Of a stretch of 64,000 nt of DNA, positions 37,655 to 50,397 are shown piece after piece (positions within the stretch are counted from its first letter, which is position 1; each line of letters starts with the position of its first letter). Origin of the DNA: Eledone cirrhosa (Eukaryota). The position numbers and the translations under genes were made by a program. A model generated the notes under the pieces. That model saw only the letters and a list, made by a program, of their open reading frames with translations, was not told the origin of the DNA and did not search any database. The stretch is from contig OZ024740.1 of NCBI GenBank assembly GCA_964016885.1, positions 268,894,001-268,958,000 on the forward strand. The letters are read 5' to 3'.

Positions 37655-40600
37655 CTAAAGCACTTCAGGATAGACGATATTCTTTGTTTTTCTTTTCGGA
37701 ACAAACGCAAAGAGATTATCTCGACAGCCAACTCGTGAGCAGGCAACGTAGAATTGTCCGTGCGAAAAGCAAGGTTCATCCAAGTGAATTCCAGCGACGG
37801 ACAGAGTTTGACCTTGCGACTTGTTTATGGACATCGCAAAGGCAACACGAAGGGGAAATTGGGTTCGGCGAAAGGAGAAGGGAGTTTCCACGCCTGATGT
37901 AGTCAGACTAATTTTTGTTATTATCACAACCTCGCCTTTTCCACATCCGGATAGAATGTTAGCGTCAATACTAAGTGGAGACAGTTTTTTAATCACAAGG
38001 CGTGTACCATTGCATAGTTTTGGAGGAGTGATATTTCTCAGCAAAATAACTGGCGTTCCCTCTTTCACAACCAATGTATTAGGAGGTAAACCAGGAGGAT
38101 TTAAATAATTTAGAAATTCAACTGGATAGTTGACCGCATCCTGTGGATCACATACAGTATCAATAGATTTATATATCCGTGGACATCCAGGAAGAAGCTG
38201 AAGAAGCTGATCGTTAATACAGCTAACCGTGATATTTTGGGGTGCAAGAATGGCTCTTTCGCATAGCCAATCAAGATTCGTATAGTTATCACGCAAGTTC
38301 GGGAATACACTCGCCTTGAGATCATCGACAGTTTCAACTACATTGCAGATGTGATCAATTGCTGTGCGTCCACCTGTATCCGGATGTAGGTTACCCTCTC
38401 CTATTGTAAGAATGTCTCCAGAAAATGTGATGACAGAGGGTCCCCATGCAGCCTTGCACGCATGTTGGTAGTTAGTCTTAATGATGTCACTTGTCGCCAC
38501 AATGGTGAAGACTCAAGATATGCATTTACCGCATCTGCTCTTGTTCCTTTCGGTATTATAGGAAGAGTCTGTCTGAAGTCTCCTGATAGCAGAAGGGTGA
38601 CACCCCCCATAACATCACTACAATCCCGTATGTCTTGAAAAGCCCTGTCTAGTGCATCAAGAGCACCTTTGTGCGCCATTGTGCACTTATCCCAAACAAT
38701 AAGGTGACACCTTCGCAGCAGATGAGCCCTGTTAGAGTCTTTGGTGATATGACAAGTAGGAGTTTCCAATTTTGCCAAATCAAGGGGCAATTTAAAAACT
38801 GAATGTGCCGTTCTTCCACCAGGAAGCAAAGTTGCTGCGATTCCAGAGGACGCAACTGCTATTGCTATGTCCTTATTCTGTCTAACCTTTGCAAGAGGTT
38901 TAGTAACGAAAGTTTGTCTGTCCTCCCTGGAGCATCGAGGAAAAATATGCCACCTCTTGTTTGAAATACTAATTTAGTAATGGTGGTATAAGCCAGTCGC
39001 TGATCAGCTACAAGTTTTGGCTCATTATCTGTGACGTAGATGGCAGTGGATTGGCAGTATCAGTAGAGGGTCGGACGCGATGCTTTCTAGCATAGAGTTA
39101 CGTCCCTTTACGGACTGAGTTCAAATGCCTCCAAGGTTAACTTTGCCTTTCATCCTTACGGGGTCGATAAAATAAAGTACCAGTAATGTACTGGGTAATT
39201 GCTGGCCTTGTGCCTAAAGTAGAAACAATTATCTGTGACGTAGAGGCCGAGATCATGGATGTCATAAGAAGTCTCCTGTATGATATCTGTGGGAAGTTTG
39301 TTTGAGTCTGTGCGATGAGTTTCTGGTAAACCGTAGTCACGTAAAACCTTTCCTCCAATCAGAGCTAACTTGTCCTCAATATCAATGAGAGCTCTGTTGT
39401 ATAATTCATTACTAAAGCCGACCTCTATTTCTGGAAGCATCAATTTTGCTTGGTGTCTGTAGCTGTCTGTTAGTTCATCCCTATATTTCATCCACAAGGA
39501 CAGAGGATCAGATAAGTTGCACGTGTGCAAAAGTACCGCAAATACATTTTTTAGGCTGGCAGGTGAATGTGAAAGAGCAACTTCCGCCATCGTTGCATCC
39601 CACTGCGAACCATCTTCCAGCAATCCACGCCTCAAACATGCCTTTGGGTATGTTAGAAGAACTTGTCCGTCTAACGTTCAGAGATCATTCAAGCAGGTAG
39701 GTCCTCTGACCTCATGTAGTAGCATGCTAAGATGGAAGCACTCGTGTTGGTTTGGGGGCACAGTATAAACTCTGTCCAAGCACTCGTTGAATTTGAGGCC
39801 TGGATAACCTTCGACACACTGTCCTGTTTTTCTTCATTTCCATGTATTTTTGTCCCAGGTATAGTAAGATGGGACTTGTGGATATAGTAAGGTTTTAGCA
39901 AATGGATCTTCTTGACATAGTTTACAGAAAGCGGTAAGAGTAGTATCCTTTGGTTCTTGTGCAACTGAGCAGCTGATGCATTCGTAAAATATACTCCCTG
40001 ACCGTTCTCCAGGTGCACTTGGAGTTTTTGAACAGCAGGATGCGTTGATGTATAAAAAATCCGAAAATCCGCCAGAACGCTTCATTAGAGTTAATGTATA
40101 TTCCAGTTTGGTACTGGGCCACTTCATCTCGGCTGTTTTCCCGAAGTAATCCAAACGTAGCAGCATCAGAGCCTTTAGTAATGTACTTACAAATGTATTT
40201 TATAGATTTAATCGAATTACAGTATTCTACGTTTATGTGTGCATCAAGAATCTTTATAAGGAGTGGATTATATGGAACAACTCATCTGTTGTCAACCTCA
40301 TGTTTGCCAACCCTTGCTGTGAATCCACCATCTTCGGGTCTTCTCCGGCGATATAGTGGGTATCTGTCATGGCCAGTCTGAGTGTCCTTAAGGAACTGTC
40401 GGGGAAATTTAGTTGAGCACTTAGACTTGTCCTTAACACACGGTAGGTTGTTGAGAAATCCATGTCCACATGGGCCAGCATCTTGAAATTTTTCGAAAAA
40501 GAACCGAGGACTTCCTGTGAAAGATGAAGGCAGGATGCACAACAGTCCAATACTATCAGGATCTGCATCATTGTTCATTCCATCACGAAGGTGAATGTAA

Positions 40601-41832
40601 GTGTCACAGCGAAGTTGTTTCTGATTAAGTCGAATGAAGCATAATCTCTCGGACTCCATTTTTGCGAACATGTCAACTGCAAATTGATTGAAGAGGTCTT
40701 GTGATCGGTGCAGCTGGTTGAAGCAGTTGTCGCAGACCATGAATCGGAAAGCGTAAAAATCCATACACGTGACAATTTTCGTGGTATGCTCATCTTGGTT
40801 TGTGGAATTAATTTGATGAATTCCGAAATGGTATCCATCCTCACCATAAACAAATAATAGCGGATACTGGAGTGCGTCGTAAGATCGATGGGTTTCACTC
40901 ATTCTGTTAAGGCTGTTGTCTCGTCGCTTGATAATAATGTCTCTCTTGTTGTGCTGCTCTCCACTAATAACGATGGCTACCTCATTACAAGTAGGTGCAT
41001 TATACCGGCCCGCATGCTCCGCAGATGGTCTCTCATCAGCGTAAATGATGATATCGTAATTTGGCGAAGGTGCTTCTTCTGAAGAATACTTGAAGCTTTT
41101 AATGTAGCTATTGTTAGAGTGAAGCATGTCTTGGAGGTCAATCAAGAGTTCCAGTTTAGTGTCTGAAGTGTACGATTGCCTTAGATCTGCTTGCTGATGA
41201 CAGTTAACAATAAAGTAAACCTGTAAAAGTTGTGGCTCTTCAGTAGGCAACGGTTGCAGTGATCCAATGAGATGATACACCTGGCCCTGTACTTTGAAAG
41301 TCGGCATAAATCCATCTTCCTTCAGACGTTTTGCACCGAAAGAGGTCATTTGAAACGCAATGTTGTACTGTCGGATATGCTTCAGAAAATCACGTGATTG
41401 TGAATGCTTGCTTGTTAGAAGCATCTGGAGAGGTTGCGGTGGTTCCCTAAGGGTGGGTAAATTAACCTTACCGTTGGAGCAGCACATTCCAACTGATCTC
41501 CCCCCTCCCTCCCCCACACACACTTTTTAGCTTTACAATGTTGGCAAATATTTTACATGGCATATATTTGAATATCAGGATGGATTTGATAGTTTACATA
41601 AGGGTCATAATTAACTGCCTTAAGGTACCATCGTGAGCGTGATGCCTTTGAAATACTCCGCGATAAAGCTCTACGTTGAGCGTTAACGCTCAGCGGCGGA
41701 CAAAGATGTTGCAATAACTGTACTCACTGCATTTAGCGATTGTCTATTTTCGGTTATCGGTGGAGCGTCATTTACATGCATTGTTTTCTTCGACCGAGAG
41801 CCAATATGTGCATACTTTCTTTTACGGGGCAT
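37655..41832 (-). pseudogene. Helitron RepHel (HUH replication initiator plus PIF1-family helicase), disrupted
   Basis: CCSNGKV, YNIAFQMTSFG, SYDALQYPLLF, LPSSFTGSPR, KYICKYITKGSD, GGRTAHS, GDFRQTLP, LCNGTRL, QFPLRVAFAMSINKSQGQT, FSHGQFYVACSRV. Multiple frameshifts and a SINE insertion. Confidence 0.95.
39041..39227 (+). mobile_element. tRNA-derived SINE inserted into Helitron ORF
   Basis: Same SINE family; 17 bp TSD ATTATCTGTGACGTAGA (39024-39040 and 39228-39244). Confidence 0.94.
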
Positions 41833-42450
41833 ATTTGGTGAAAGGTTGTAAAGTCAAAATGTATTAATTGAAGCGTTACAGTTAACTTTGAAAGTGCAAC
41901 ATTTTTTTTTTGTATCAACATGGCTTATGAAAGTTTGAAAAATGTAAAAGTTGTAGGTCCCAATGGTTTGAATGGAAAGTCCCATAACGATTATTCTAAA
42001 AATAAACAAACCATCATCAACATCTCGTCAAATTGAGACTGCTGCGAGATTAGGCCCTTAACGCAAAAATTAACACTTAATATAGTGAAACAAGTTAACA
42101 CAACAAGTGATTTTTAACTTTGAAAGTGCAACAAAGAATAAACAAGAAACAAACGATAATATTAGTGATTTATCTTCAAATGAATGTGATGTTTATATTT
42201 CTGAAAAGTTGGTTATCTCCCCTTTTTATAAGGATCGTCAATAAAGTTGGTTATCTCCCTTACATCAATTTTGCTACCGATAATTTTGATATCGAATTTT
42301 TATTGCTCAACGTGGGTCATTTGAAAAATGTTTGTGATGTGACAATCTTAGCGACCTGTGCAACATGCACAGAAAATTTGGTCAAATTCAGTTGGTAATT
42401 GTAAAAGCCTTAAGTATGCAAAGTTGTACACAGACACACACACATCCTCA

Positions 42451-42534
<84 letters not shown>

Positions 42535-42991
42535 TATATTCGTGAACATATATTTTTGCATGCACAATAACAAAATATAGACAAACGTATTTATTTCACG
42601 AGGCTCGATAAGGATAAATATATATCAAATATATAAGAACCCTACAGCAAACTCCGAGCAACGCCGGTCCATTCTGCTAGAATATAATTATAAATGAGAA
42701 AAGGGTAATATTGTGTGTTACCCGATTACCAGTAAGAATATTAGCTCAATGTATGATATTCTTGATATAATGTTTTATAAGTAATATTCCTTACATATAA
42801 CATGTAGCTTTAAAACAGCTTTTCTTTACTAGCTTTGTCATTGTAATTATTTCATTATAATGTTCTTTTGCTCTTACTCTTCAATATATTGTAAATGAGA
42901 CTAGCAATTATAATTGTTCTTCTGAAATATAATGTATCTTAATGAATGTTCTAAGGATTAGGAATTTATTTATTTGTTTTAATATTGTATA

Positions 42992-43038
42992 TGCTCCGAT
43001 GATTCCAGACCCATGTCTGGAAGAAACGATTTGTAGCA
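42992..43038 (+). ncRNA. Variant minimal hammerhead-like motif
   Basis: TGCT CCGATGA TTCCAGAC CCAT GTCTGGAA GAAAC GATTT GT AGCA. Perfect 8 bp stem II and 4 bp stem I, but U4C and no residue 17. Confidence 0.5.
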
Positions 43039-43126
43039 ATTAAATGCATTTAACAACAAAAAATTTGATTGTTATCTATGTTGTATATATACATATATAC
43101 ACATAGACACACACACAGACACACAG

Positions 43127-43273
<147 letters not shown>

Positions 43274-43387
43274 AATATAAAAATTTCAAGTTATCAATAA
43301 TGTAGTGATAATATATCGTCACGTTAGAGATGAACAGCGTACGTGTAGGTTTGCTCGACGAGTATAAATTATATTCCGGAGAAAATG

Positions 43388-43976
43388 TAGAAAAGATGAA
43401 TATAAGATGAAAGTGCTTTTATAAAGGAATTTATTAGGTATTGACATATGTTTCTGTAACAGACGGAATACCTATGTATCGCTGCTTGCATAATCATATA
43501 ATGTTAGCAAGTATTCGATAGCAAATGTATAATCAGTTGTCACTTCTTCAGAAATATTGGATAAATTGGAAAAAATCAGAAAAATTAAAGTATTTATATT
43601 AGTTGTAAGAAAGGAAGAAGAGAAGTATAATATATGACAGATGGCAATTCAATTTGCTGGTAAACAAGTACATAGAGGTTTTTAATGAGAATACAATGAG
43701 TATATGGCTTATTTTATCTAAATAAGAATTTTTGGGAGTGCCTATTTTAATCTATATTTGATCAATTGAACAATGGACAGGGCTGGTCGTTTGGTGTAGT
43801 AGTATTAATACATATCTCTGAAGAAGTGACAACTGATTATACATTTGCTATCGAATGCTTGCTAACATTATATGATTACGCAAGCAGCGATACATAGGTA
43901 TTCCGTCTGTTACAGAAACATATGTCAATACCTAATAAATTCCTTTATAAAAGCACTTTCATTTTATATTCATCTT

Positions 43977-43981
<5 letters not shown>
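43388..43981. mobile_element. Fold-back element with ~165 bp inverted arms, each with a hammerhead-like motif
   Basis: 43388-43552 is the reverse complement of 43817-43981. The + arm reads CTGAAGA(43818) AGTGACA...TGTTACA GAAAC ATAT GTC(43926). Confidence 0.82.
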
Positions 43982-44023
<42 letters not shown>

Positions 44024-44032
44024 TATATATAT

Positions 44033-44089
<57 letters not shown>

Positions 44090-44090
<1 letters not shown>

Positions 44091-44355
44091 CTGGAGTTTC
44101 AATATTATGAAGAAGAGAGACAGTTTTATCCGTACATCTGTTTATTAATATAATTCTGTTTACAAAAAAAGTCGGTGGGTATCAGATCAACCACCCTTCT
44201 TTAATTGAATAATATATATATATATATATATATTATTCAATTAAGGAAGGGTGGTTGATCAGATACCCACAAACTTTATTTGTAAACAGAATTATATTAA
44301 TAAACAGATGTACGGATAAAACTGTCTCTCTTCTTCATAATGTTGAAACTCCAGT
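44090..44355. repeat. Fold-back with (TA)n centre, ~120 bp arms
   Basis: ACTGGAGTTTCAATATTATGAAGAAGAGAGACAG...AATTGAATAA(TA)nTTATTCAATT...CTGTCTCTCTTCTTCATAATGTTGAAACTCCAGT. Confidence 0.9.
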
Positions 44356-44499
44356 CAACGATAACATCCCAAGGAATGCAAATCGCGGAGTGCATATTTA
44401 CATCTATTTATTATATTATTCTGCAGATATTCCACCATAGATAATCAATACATAATTATGTAATAAACAAATGTACATATAAAACCGTCTCTCTTCATC

Positions 44500-44540
<41 letters not shown>

Positions 44541-44546
<6 letters not shown>

Positions 44547-47330
44547 CATTATGAAGAGAGAAGAAACATTTAGATATAATTAGTAATAAAATGTATCATA
44601 CCTAAACTGTTCCTAAATTCCTCGACTACGTAGTTTCGTGGCATAAACAAAAACAATATATCAAAGATATAGAGTCCTTGCGAGGTCTGCCGACTTATCA
44701 AGAGGATACCTCATTTTACTAGTCTCAAGAACGCGTCTACACGACGTGAGAAAGAATCCCAAAAGGCGGAGGGGGAGATAGTCACGCGATATAACGGTCG
44801 AGAAACAGAGCTAAGCCTCTTATAACCACGAAGAAAATACCACGGAGGCGGAGGGGGTATTCATATCGAGGCCGTAGAAGAGGTAGTGAAGAAGGCGAGA
44901 AGTATGAGTAATGGAAGCTTTCCAGTTGTCCCCACACTTCAAAGATTGCTCGACCAGAGGGAGTTATTAATATATTTAGAAACACACAGATACATGCGGA
45001 CACACACATATATACATGAATGCATCCGCACCCAACTGTTAGTTAAGGGTGCCAACTTCACCGATGTTGCTCAATGAATGACTGGGACAGACCAATTCAG
45101 TTTGAACCAGACTGAACCAGTATCAGAGTTAAAAATACATTATGAAGAGAGAAGAAACATTTATATATAATTAGTAATAAAATGTATCATACCTAAACTG
45201 TTCCTAAATTCCTCGACTACGTAGTTTCGTGGCATAAATAAAACAATATATCAAAGATATAGAGTCCTTGCGAGGTCTGCCGACTTATCAAGAGGATACC
45301 TCATTTTACTAGTCTCAAGAACGCGTCTACACGACGTGAGAAAGAATCCCAAAAGGCGGAGGGGGAGATAGTCACGCGATATAACGGTCGAGAAACAGAG
45401 CTAAGCCTCTTATAACCACGAAGAAAATACCACGGAGGCGGAGGGGGTATTCATATCGAGGCCGTAGAAGAGGTAGTGAAGAAGGCGAGAAGTATGAGTA
45501 ATGGAAGCTTTCCAGTTGTCCCCACACTTCAAAGATTGCTCGACCAGAGGGAGTTATTAATATATTTAGAAACACACAGATACATGCGGACACACACATA
45601 TATACATGAATGCATCCGCACCCAACTGTGAGTTAAGGGTGCCAACTTCACCGATGTTGCTCAATGAATGACTGGGACAGACCAATTCAGTTTGAACCAG
45701 ACTGAACCAGTATCAGAGTTAAAAATACATTATGAAGAGAGAAGAAACATTTAGATATAATTAGTAATAAAATGTATCATACCTAAACTGTTCCTAAATT
45801 CCTCGACTACGTAGTTTCGTGGCATAAATAAAACAATATATCAAAGATATAGAGTCCTATATCTTTGATATATTGTTTTTGTTTATGCCACGAAACTACG
45901 TAGTCGAGGAATTTAGGAACAGTTTAGGTATGATACATTTTATTACTAATTATATCTAAATGTTTCTTCTCTCTTCATAATGTATTTTTAACTCTGATAC
46001 TGGTTCAGTCTGGTTCAAACTGAATTGGTCTGTCCCAGTCATTCATTGAGCAACATCGGTGAAGTTGGCACCCTTAACTCACAGTTGGGTGCGGATGCAT
46101 TCATGTATATATGTGTGTGTCCGCATGTATCTGTGTGTTTCTAAATATATTAATAACTCCCTCTGGTCGAGCAATCTTTGAAGTGTGGGGACAACTGGAA
46201 AGCTTCCATTACTCATACTTCTCGCCTTCTTCACTACCTCTTCTACGGCCTCGATATGAATACCCCCTCCGCCTCCGTGGTATTTTCTTCGTGGTTATAA
46301 GAGGCTTAGCTCTGTTTCTCGACCGTTATATCGCGTGACTATCTCCCCCTCCGCCTTTTGGGATTCTTTCTCACGTCGTGTAGACGCGTTCTTGAGACTA
46401 GTAAAATGAGGTATCCTCTTGATAAGTCGGCAGACCTCGCAAGGACTCTATATCTTTGATATATTGTTTTTGTTTATGCCACGAAACTACGTAGTCGAGG
46501 AATTTAGGAACAGTTTAGGTATGATACATTTTATTACTAATTATATCTAAATGTTTCTTCTCTCTTCATAATGTATTTTTAACTCTGATACTGGTTCAGT
46601 CTGGTTCAAACTGAATTGGTCTGTCCCAGTCATTCATTGAGCAACATCGGTGAAGTTGGCACCCTTAACTCACAGTTGGGTGCGGATGCATTCATGTATA
46701 TATGTGTGTGTCCGCATGTATCTGTGTGTTTCTAAATATATTAATAACTCCCTCTGGTCGAGCAATCTTTGAAGTGTGGGGACAACTGGAAAGCTTCCAT
46801 TACTCATACTTCTCGCCTACTTCACTACCTCTTCTACGGCCTCGATATGAATACCCCCTCCGCCTCCGTGGTATTTTCTTCGTGGTTATAAGAGGCTTAG
46901 CTCTGTTTCTCGACCGTTATATCGCGTGACTATCTCCCCCTCCGCCTTTTGGGATTCTTTCTCACGTCGTGTAGACGCGTTCTTGAGACTAGTAAAATGA
47001 GGTATCCTCTTGATAAGTCGGCAGACCTCGCAAGGACTCTATATCTATGATATATTGTTTTATTTATGCCACGAAACTACGTAGTCGAGGAATTTAGGAA
47101 CAGTTTAGGTATGATACATTTTATTACTAATTATATCTAAATGTTTCTTCTCTCTTCATAATGTATTTTTAACTCTGATACTGGTTCAGTCTGGTTCAAA
47201 CTGAATTGGTCTGTCCCAGTCATTCATTGAGCAACATCGGTGAAGTTAGCACCCTTAACTCACAGTTGGGTGCGGATGCATTCATGTATATATGTGTGTG
47301 TCCGCATGTATCTGTGTGTTTCTAAATATA
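44541..47330. repeat. 590 bp tandem repeats arranged as a large palindrome, hammerhead in each full unit
   Basis: Units start at 44541, 45132 and 45722; inversion centre GATATAG-AGTC-CTATATC at ~45855; ~2.5 reverse units follow; (TA)n on both flanks; copies nearly identical. Confidence 0.96.
46414..46501 (+). ncRNA. Type I minimal hammerhead ribozyme (U3-A8 core, long loop II)
   Basis: UCCUC UUGAUAA GU(C)GGCA...UGCCAC GAAAC UACGUA GUC GAGGA. Other copies at 47005-47091 (+), 44619-44706 (-) and 45210-45296 (-). Confidence 0.82.
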
Positions 47331-47418
47331 TATATATATATATACGTAGGTCGCGGGTTGAGTCGGGGATAACCACAGTAAGTAAGGTGCTCAATACATG
47401 GCAGAGTAAACATTTTTT

Positions 47419-47521
47419 ATTTTATAGAAGGAGCTTCTACAGGACTAGTACTGTTTCATTCAGATGAAGATTTCATCTGAATGAAACAGTACTAGTCCTG
47501 TAGAAGCTCCTTCTATAAAAT
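47419..47521. repeat. Perfect ~50 bp-arm hairpin
   Basis: TTTTATAGAAGGAGCTTCTACAGGACTAGTACTGTTTCATTCAGATGAA-GAT-TTCATCTGAATGAAACAGTACTAGTCCTGTAGAAGCTCCTTCTATAAAA. Confidence 0.93.
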
Positions 47522-47545
47522 ATATATATATATATATATATATAA

Positions 47546-47577
<32 letters not shown>

Positions 47578-47660
47578 GTATATATATATGTATACATATA
47601 TATATATATGTAGATATATATATATGTATATATATATGTAAGTATATATATATATACATC

Positions 47661-47815
<155 letters not shown>

Positions 47816-48732
47816 ATATATAAGCTTTCGTATGTGTGTGGATATTTTTACTTCAACAATATATGTAGTTGTTACATTATGTATCATAGAGAATCCACTT
47901 CTACTTTCTGGCTTTGTTCTTTATATCTGGTTAGTTTATTTCGAATGGTTTTAACTCCAGGATTATGACACCCTGGAGGTGAAAATAACTTTTACTTTGA
48001 TATTTTTAACCAATGTTATATATCGTTTCATTATCTTTCATTAAGAGATTTTCAGCCGTTCAATAATAACAGCGAAACAAAATATATATAATGTGTACCT
48101 GAATATATTTCTAATCTATATCTGAGAAAATTGTTTAAGCTAAAGGCTGTCATTACTAAACTTCTCATATGCATATTTCTGGAATTCAAAGTTACCTATA
48201 ATTGACTGAATTATAGTCTCCCATGATATATAACGAAATTGTCATAAGATATACAAGAATGTGTACTTCTTGATGTTGAAGCCCCAATTTAGCTATAGTA
48301 TTTTTAAAGTGCATAACGTCTGAGAGTAATCTCATCTCTAGAAGTTTTTATTTCTTCTGCACTTATTTACATTAACTCTGGCAAGTATGGAGTAGGTTTT
48401 GCTTCACCAAAAAAGTACGATAACACTAAAAATACGAAAATAATATACAATGTACGTAGCCGAAAGATCGGACTTTGAAGCGCGGAGAATATAGAATTAA
48501 TGTAATGGATGATTTGCTCGTGTGCTGAGAACTGTAAAATAGCTTATAAAATAGTGTGAAGACTCTTAAAAGGCGGAAAATGCTGTTGCCATCGGCTGCT
48601 ATGAAGAATTGAACCTCATAGCGGCCGATGGCAACTTTTTCCATCTTACATGTGTCTTCGCCCTATTTTATAAGTGATATTTTATAGCATCTCATCGCTT
48701 GAGTGCATTATCTTTTACATTAAGAAAATAAT

Positions 48733-49012
48733 GGTTTCAGATTAAAGCACAAGGCCAGAAATTTGAAGGGAGGGGGGTGAATTCGATTAATTTGACTCCA
48801 GTGTGTGACTGGTACTTTATTATATCAACTAACTCTGTAAGGATGAAAGGCAAAGCTCACAAAGGGCCGTAATTCTATGCTGCGAAATAGGATGTTCGAC
48901 ACTAAAACGACGGTGGAAATGCTTTGCAATATGTATTCTAGTTCTTTGCATTCTAGTTTCACACTTCATCGAGGTCAACTTTGCCTTTCATTCTTTCGAG
49001 GATAATAAATAA
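48733..49012. mobile_element. Diverged tRNA-SINE copies (minus 48733-48890; plus fragment ~48900-49012)
   Basis: GCACAAGGCCAG...CTGGTACTTTATT...GGATGAAAGGCAAAG, then GAGGTCAACTTTGCCTTTCATTC. Confidence 0.7.
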
Positions 49013-49489
49013 GATGTCATATCAGTCTATTATTGCTGACTGTTAGCGTCGTTAGTGTTTCGATATATTCAGTATTTAGTTCAAAACTCACTGTAACCTA
49101 TCAACATCCGTATTTAATCATGAATATCATTAGAGAAGTTAATTAGGTTCAACCAATTCTGAGAAAACGACAGCTGTTGTTGTTGATGATGTTGATTTGG
49201 ATTTTCCCGGATTAAGAGTGTTAATACAAGCTTACTTATAATTAACCGAAAACATAGTTGATATCTACAGAGTAGAACCATGTAATTATGGAAATCATCA
49301 ATCACCCAATTTTTCTGCAAATGTTTAACATCTAATTTTGCAACCCTAATCCATTTCGCACAAAGTGATAAATACAAAATAGACTGTAGTGCATACTTTA
49401 GCTTCATTCTGACTCAAAGACAACAAAGAATATTTCTTTATCCAAATAATAAGAAACCGGTAAAAACCTAATTATGTATATCATATATA

Positions 49490-49677
49490 CGAGGGTCGCC
49501 TGAAAGTTCATAGACTGACGAAGATACTCCCATGGAATGATCAAATGAGGTTTATTTTTCAACATAATCCCTGGAAAGAAATAATGCAGTTGTTAAGAGT
49601 TGAAATCAAACATGCAAGATTTCAGTTCTAGCATCACTCCTTCATAGTCAGCCTATGAAACTTTCTACCCTCCCTGG
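49490..49677 (+). mobile_element. mariner-like MITE
   Basis: TA|CGAGGGTCGCCTGAAAGTTCATAGACTGAC ... GTCAGCCTATGAAACTTTCTACCCTCCCTGG|TA; related reverse copy at ~60930-61123. Confidence 0.72.
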
Positions 49678-50234
49678 TATAATATACTGTACTGTACTAT
49701 ACTATAATATACAGTAAGTGGCAAATGGCCCCTCTATTTGCTATAATAACAAAATCTCTCTCAAGCCGCATTCGCCGACGTATTGTTTAATACAGTTAGA
49801 ACTACACTATTTCTGAAATTAAACATTCTTGTAAATAACAGATTGAACATACATCGGTGACACTCTAATAAATTATCTAAATAAAATTATGTTTAGTAAT
49901 TAAACAAACTAGTACTACTAACATTTAAATTTTTGTTCAAGGTTGCCAGATATTTCGAGACGTTTATGGCTAAGACTCACACTAAAATATCAAAAACTGG
50001 TGAAATGCCAGGATAATTAATAAAACATCGCATTTGTAGTACAGACTAAAATAAGTATCTATTCCTGCTACAAATCAGCTTACTTTAATCAATCCCATAT
50101 TTCAAAATACTAAATGAATATTATTATATTTTCTTCGCCTGGTATGATTAAGTTCCTTATTGTTTGTCGGATCGAACGAAGAGAACAATGTTTCCATTTG
50201 TCTTCCCGTTGCTAATAATATCTACCAGTTGCAA

Positions 50235-50355
50235 CTCTTAGCAGAAGGAACAACATGAAATATAATATATTGCTTAAGAACACAATATGCCGTCCAGTCC
50301 AGGAATCGAAGACACAACCTTATCATAAATTCAACACCATAACCACTAGGCCACG
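50235..50355 (-). mobile_element. Fragment of a second tRNA-SINE family
   Basis: CTTAAGAACACAA...CCAGGAATCGAA...AACCACTAGGCCAC is a reversed A/B box head. Confidence 0.6.
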
Positions 50356-50397
50356 AGTGGAGATTAGCAGTGGATTAACGTATCAATTAGATATGTG

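Larger units (their letters stand above)
37180..42465 (-). mobile_element. Helitron (decayed autonomous type)
   Basis: Minus-strand 3' end GAGCTACGCCGGGTAAATCTGCTAG|T at 37180; 5' end (TA)nAAAAGTGAGGATGTGTGTGTGTCTG near 42460; RepHel coding remnants between. Confidence 0.92.
28377..42680 (+). mobile_element. Putative outer non-autonomous Helitron (termini only)
   Basis: 5' A|TCTATATATCTAAAACAGAGAATGTCTGTCC...CTCGAGAACCACCAAACCGATT at 28377, and 3' CCGAGCAACGCCGGTCCATTCTGCTAG ending at 42680 on the same strand. Pairing of the two ends is inferred. Confidence 0.55.

Noticed and set aside
44782-46929. Four copies of a 75 aa ORF (MCVSACICVF...)
   Set aside because: A by-product of the 590 bp repeat; no recognisable domain.
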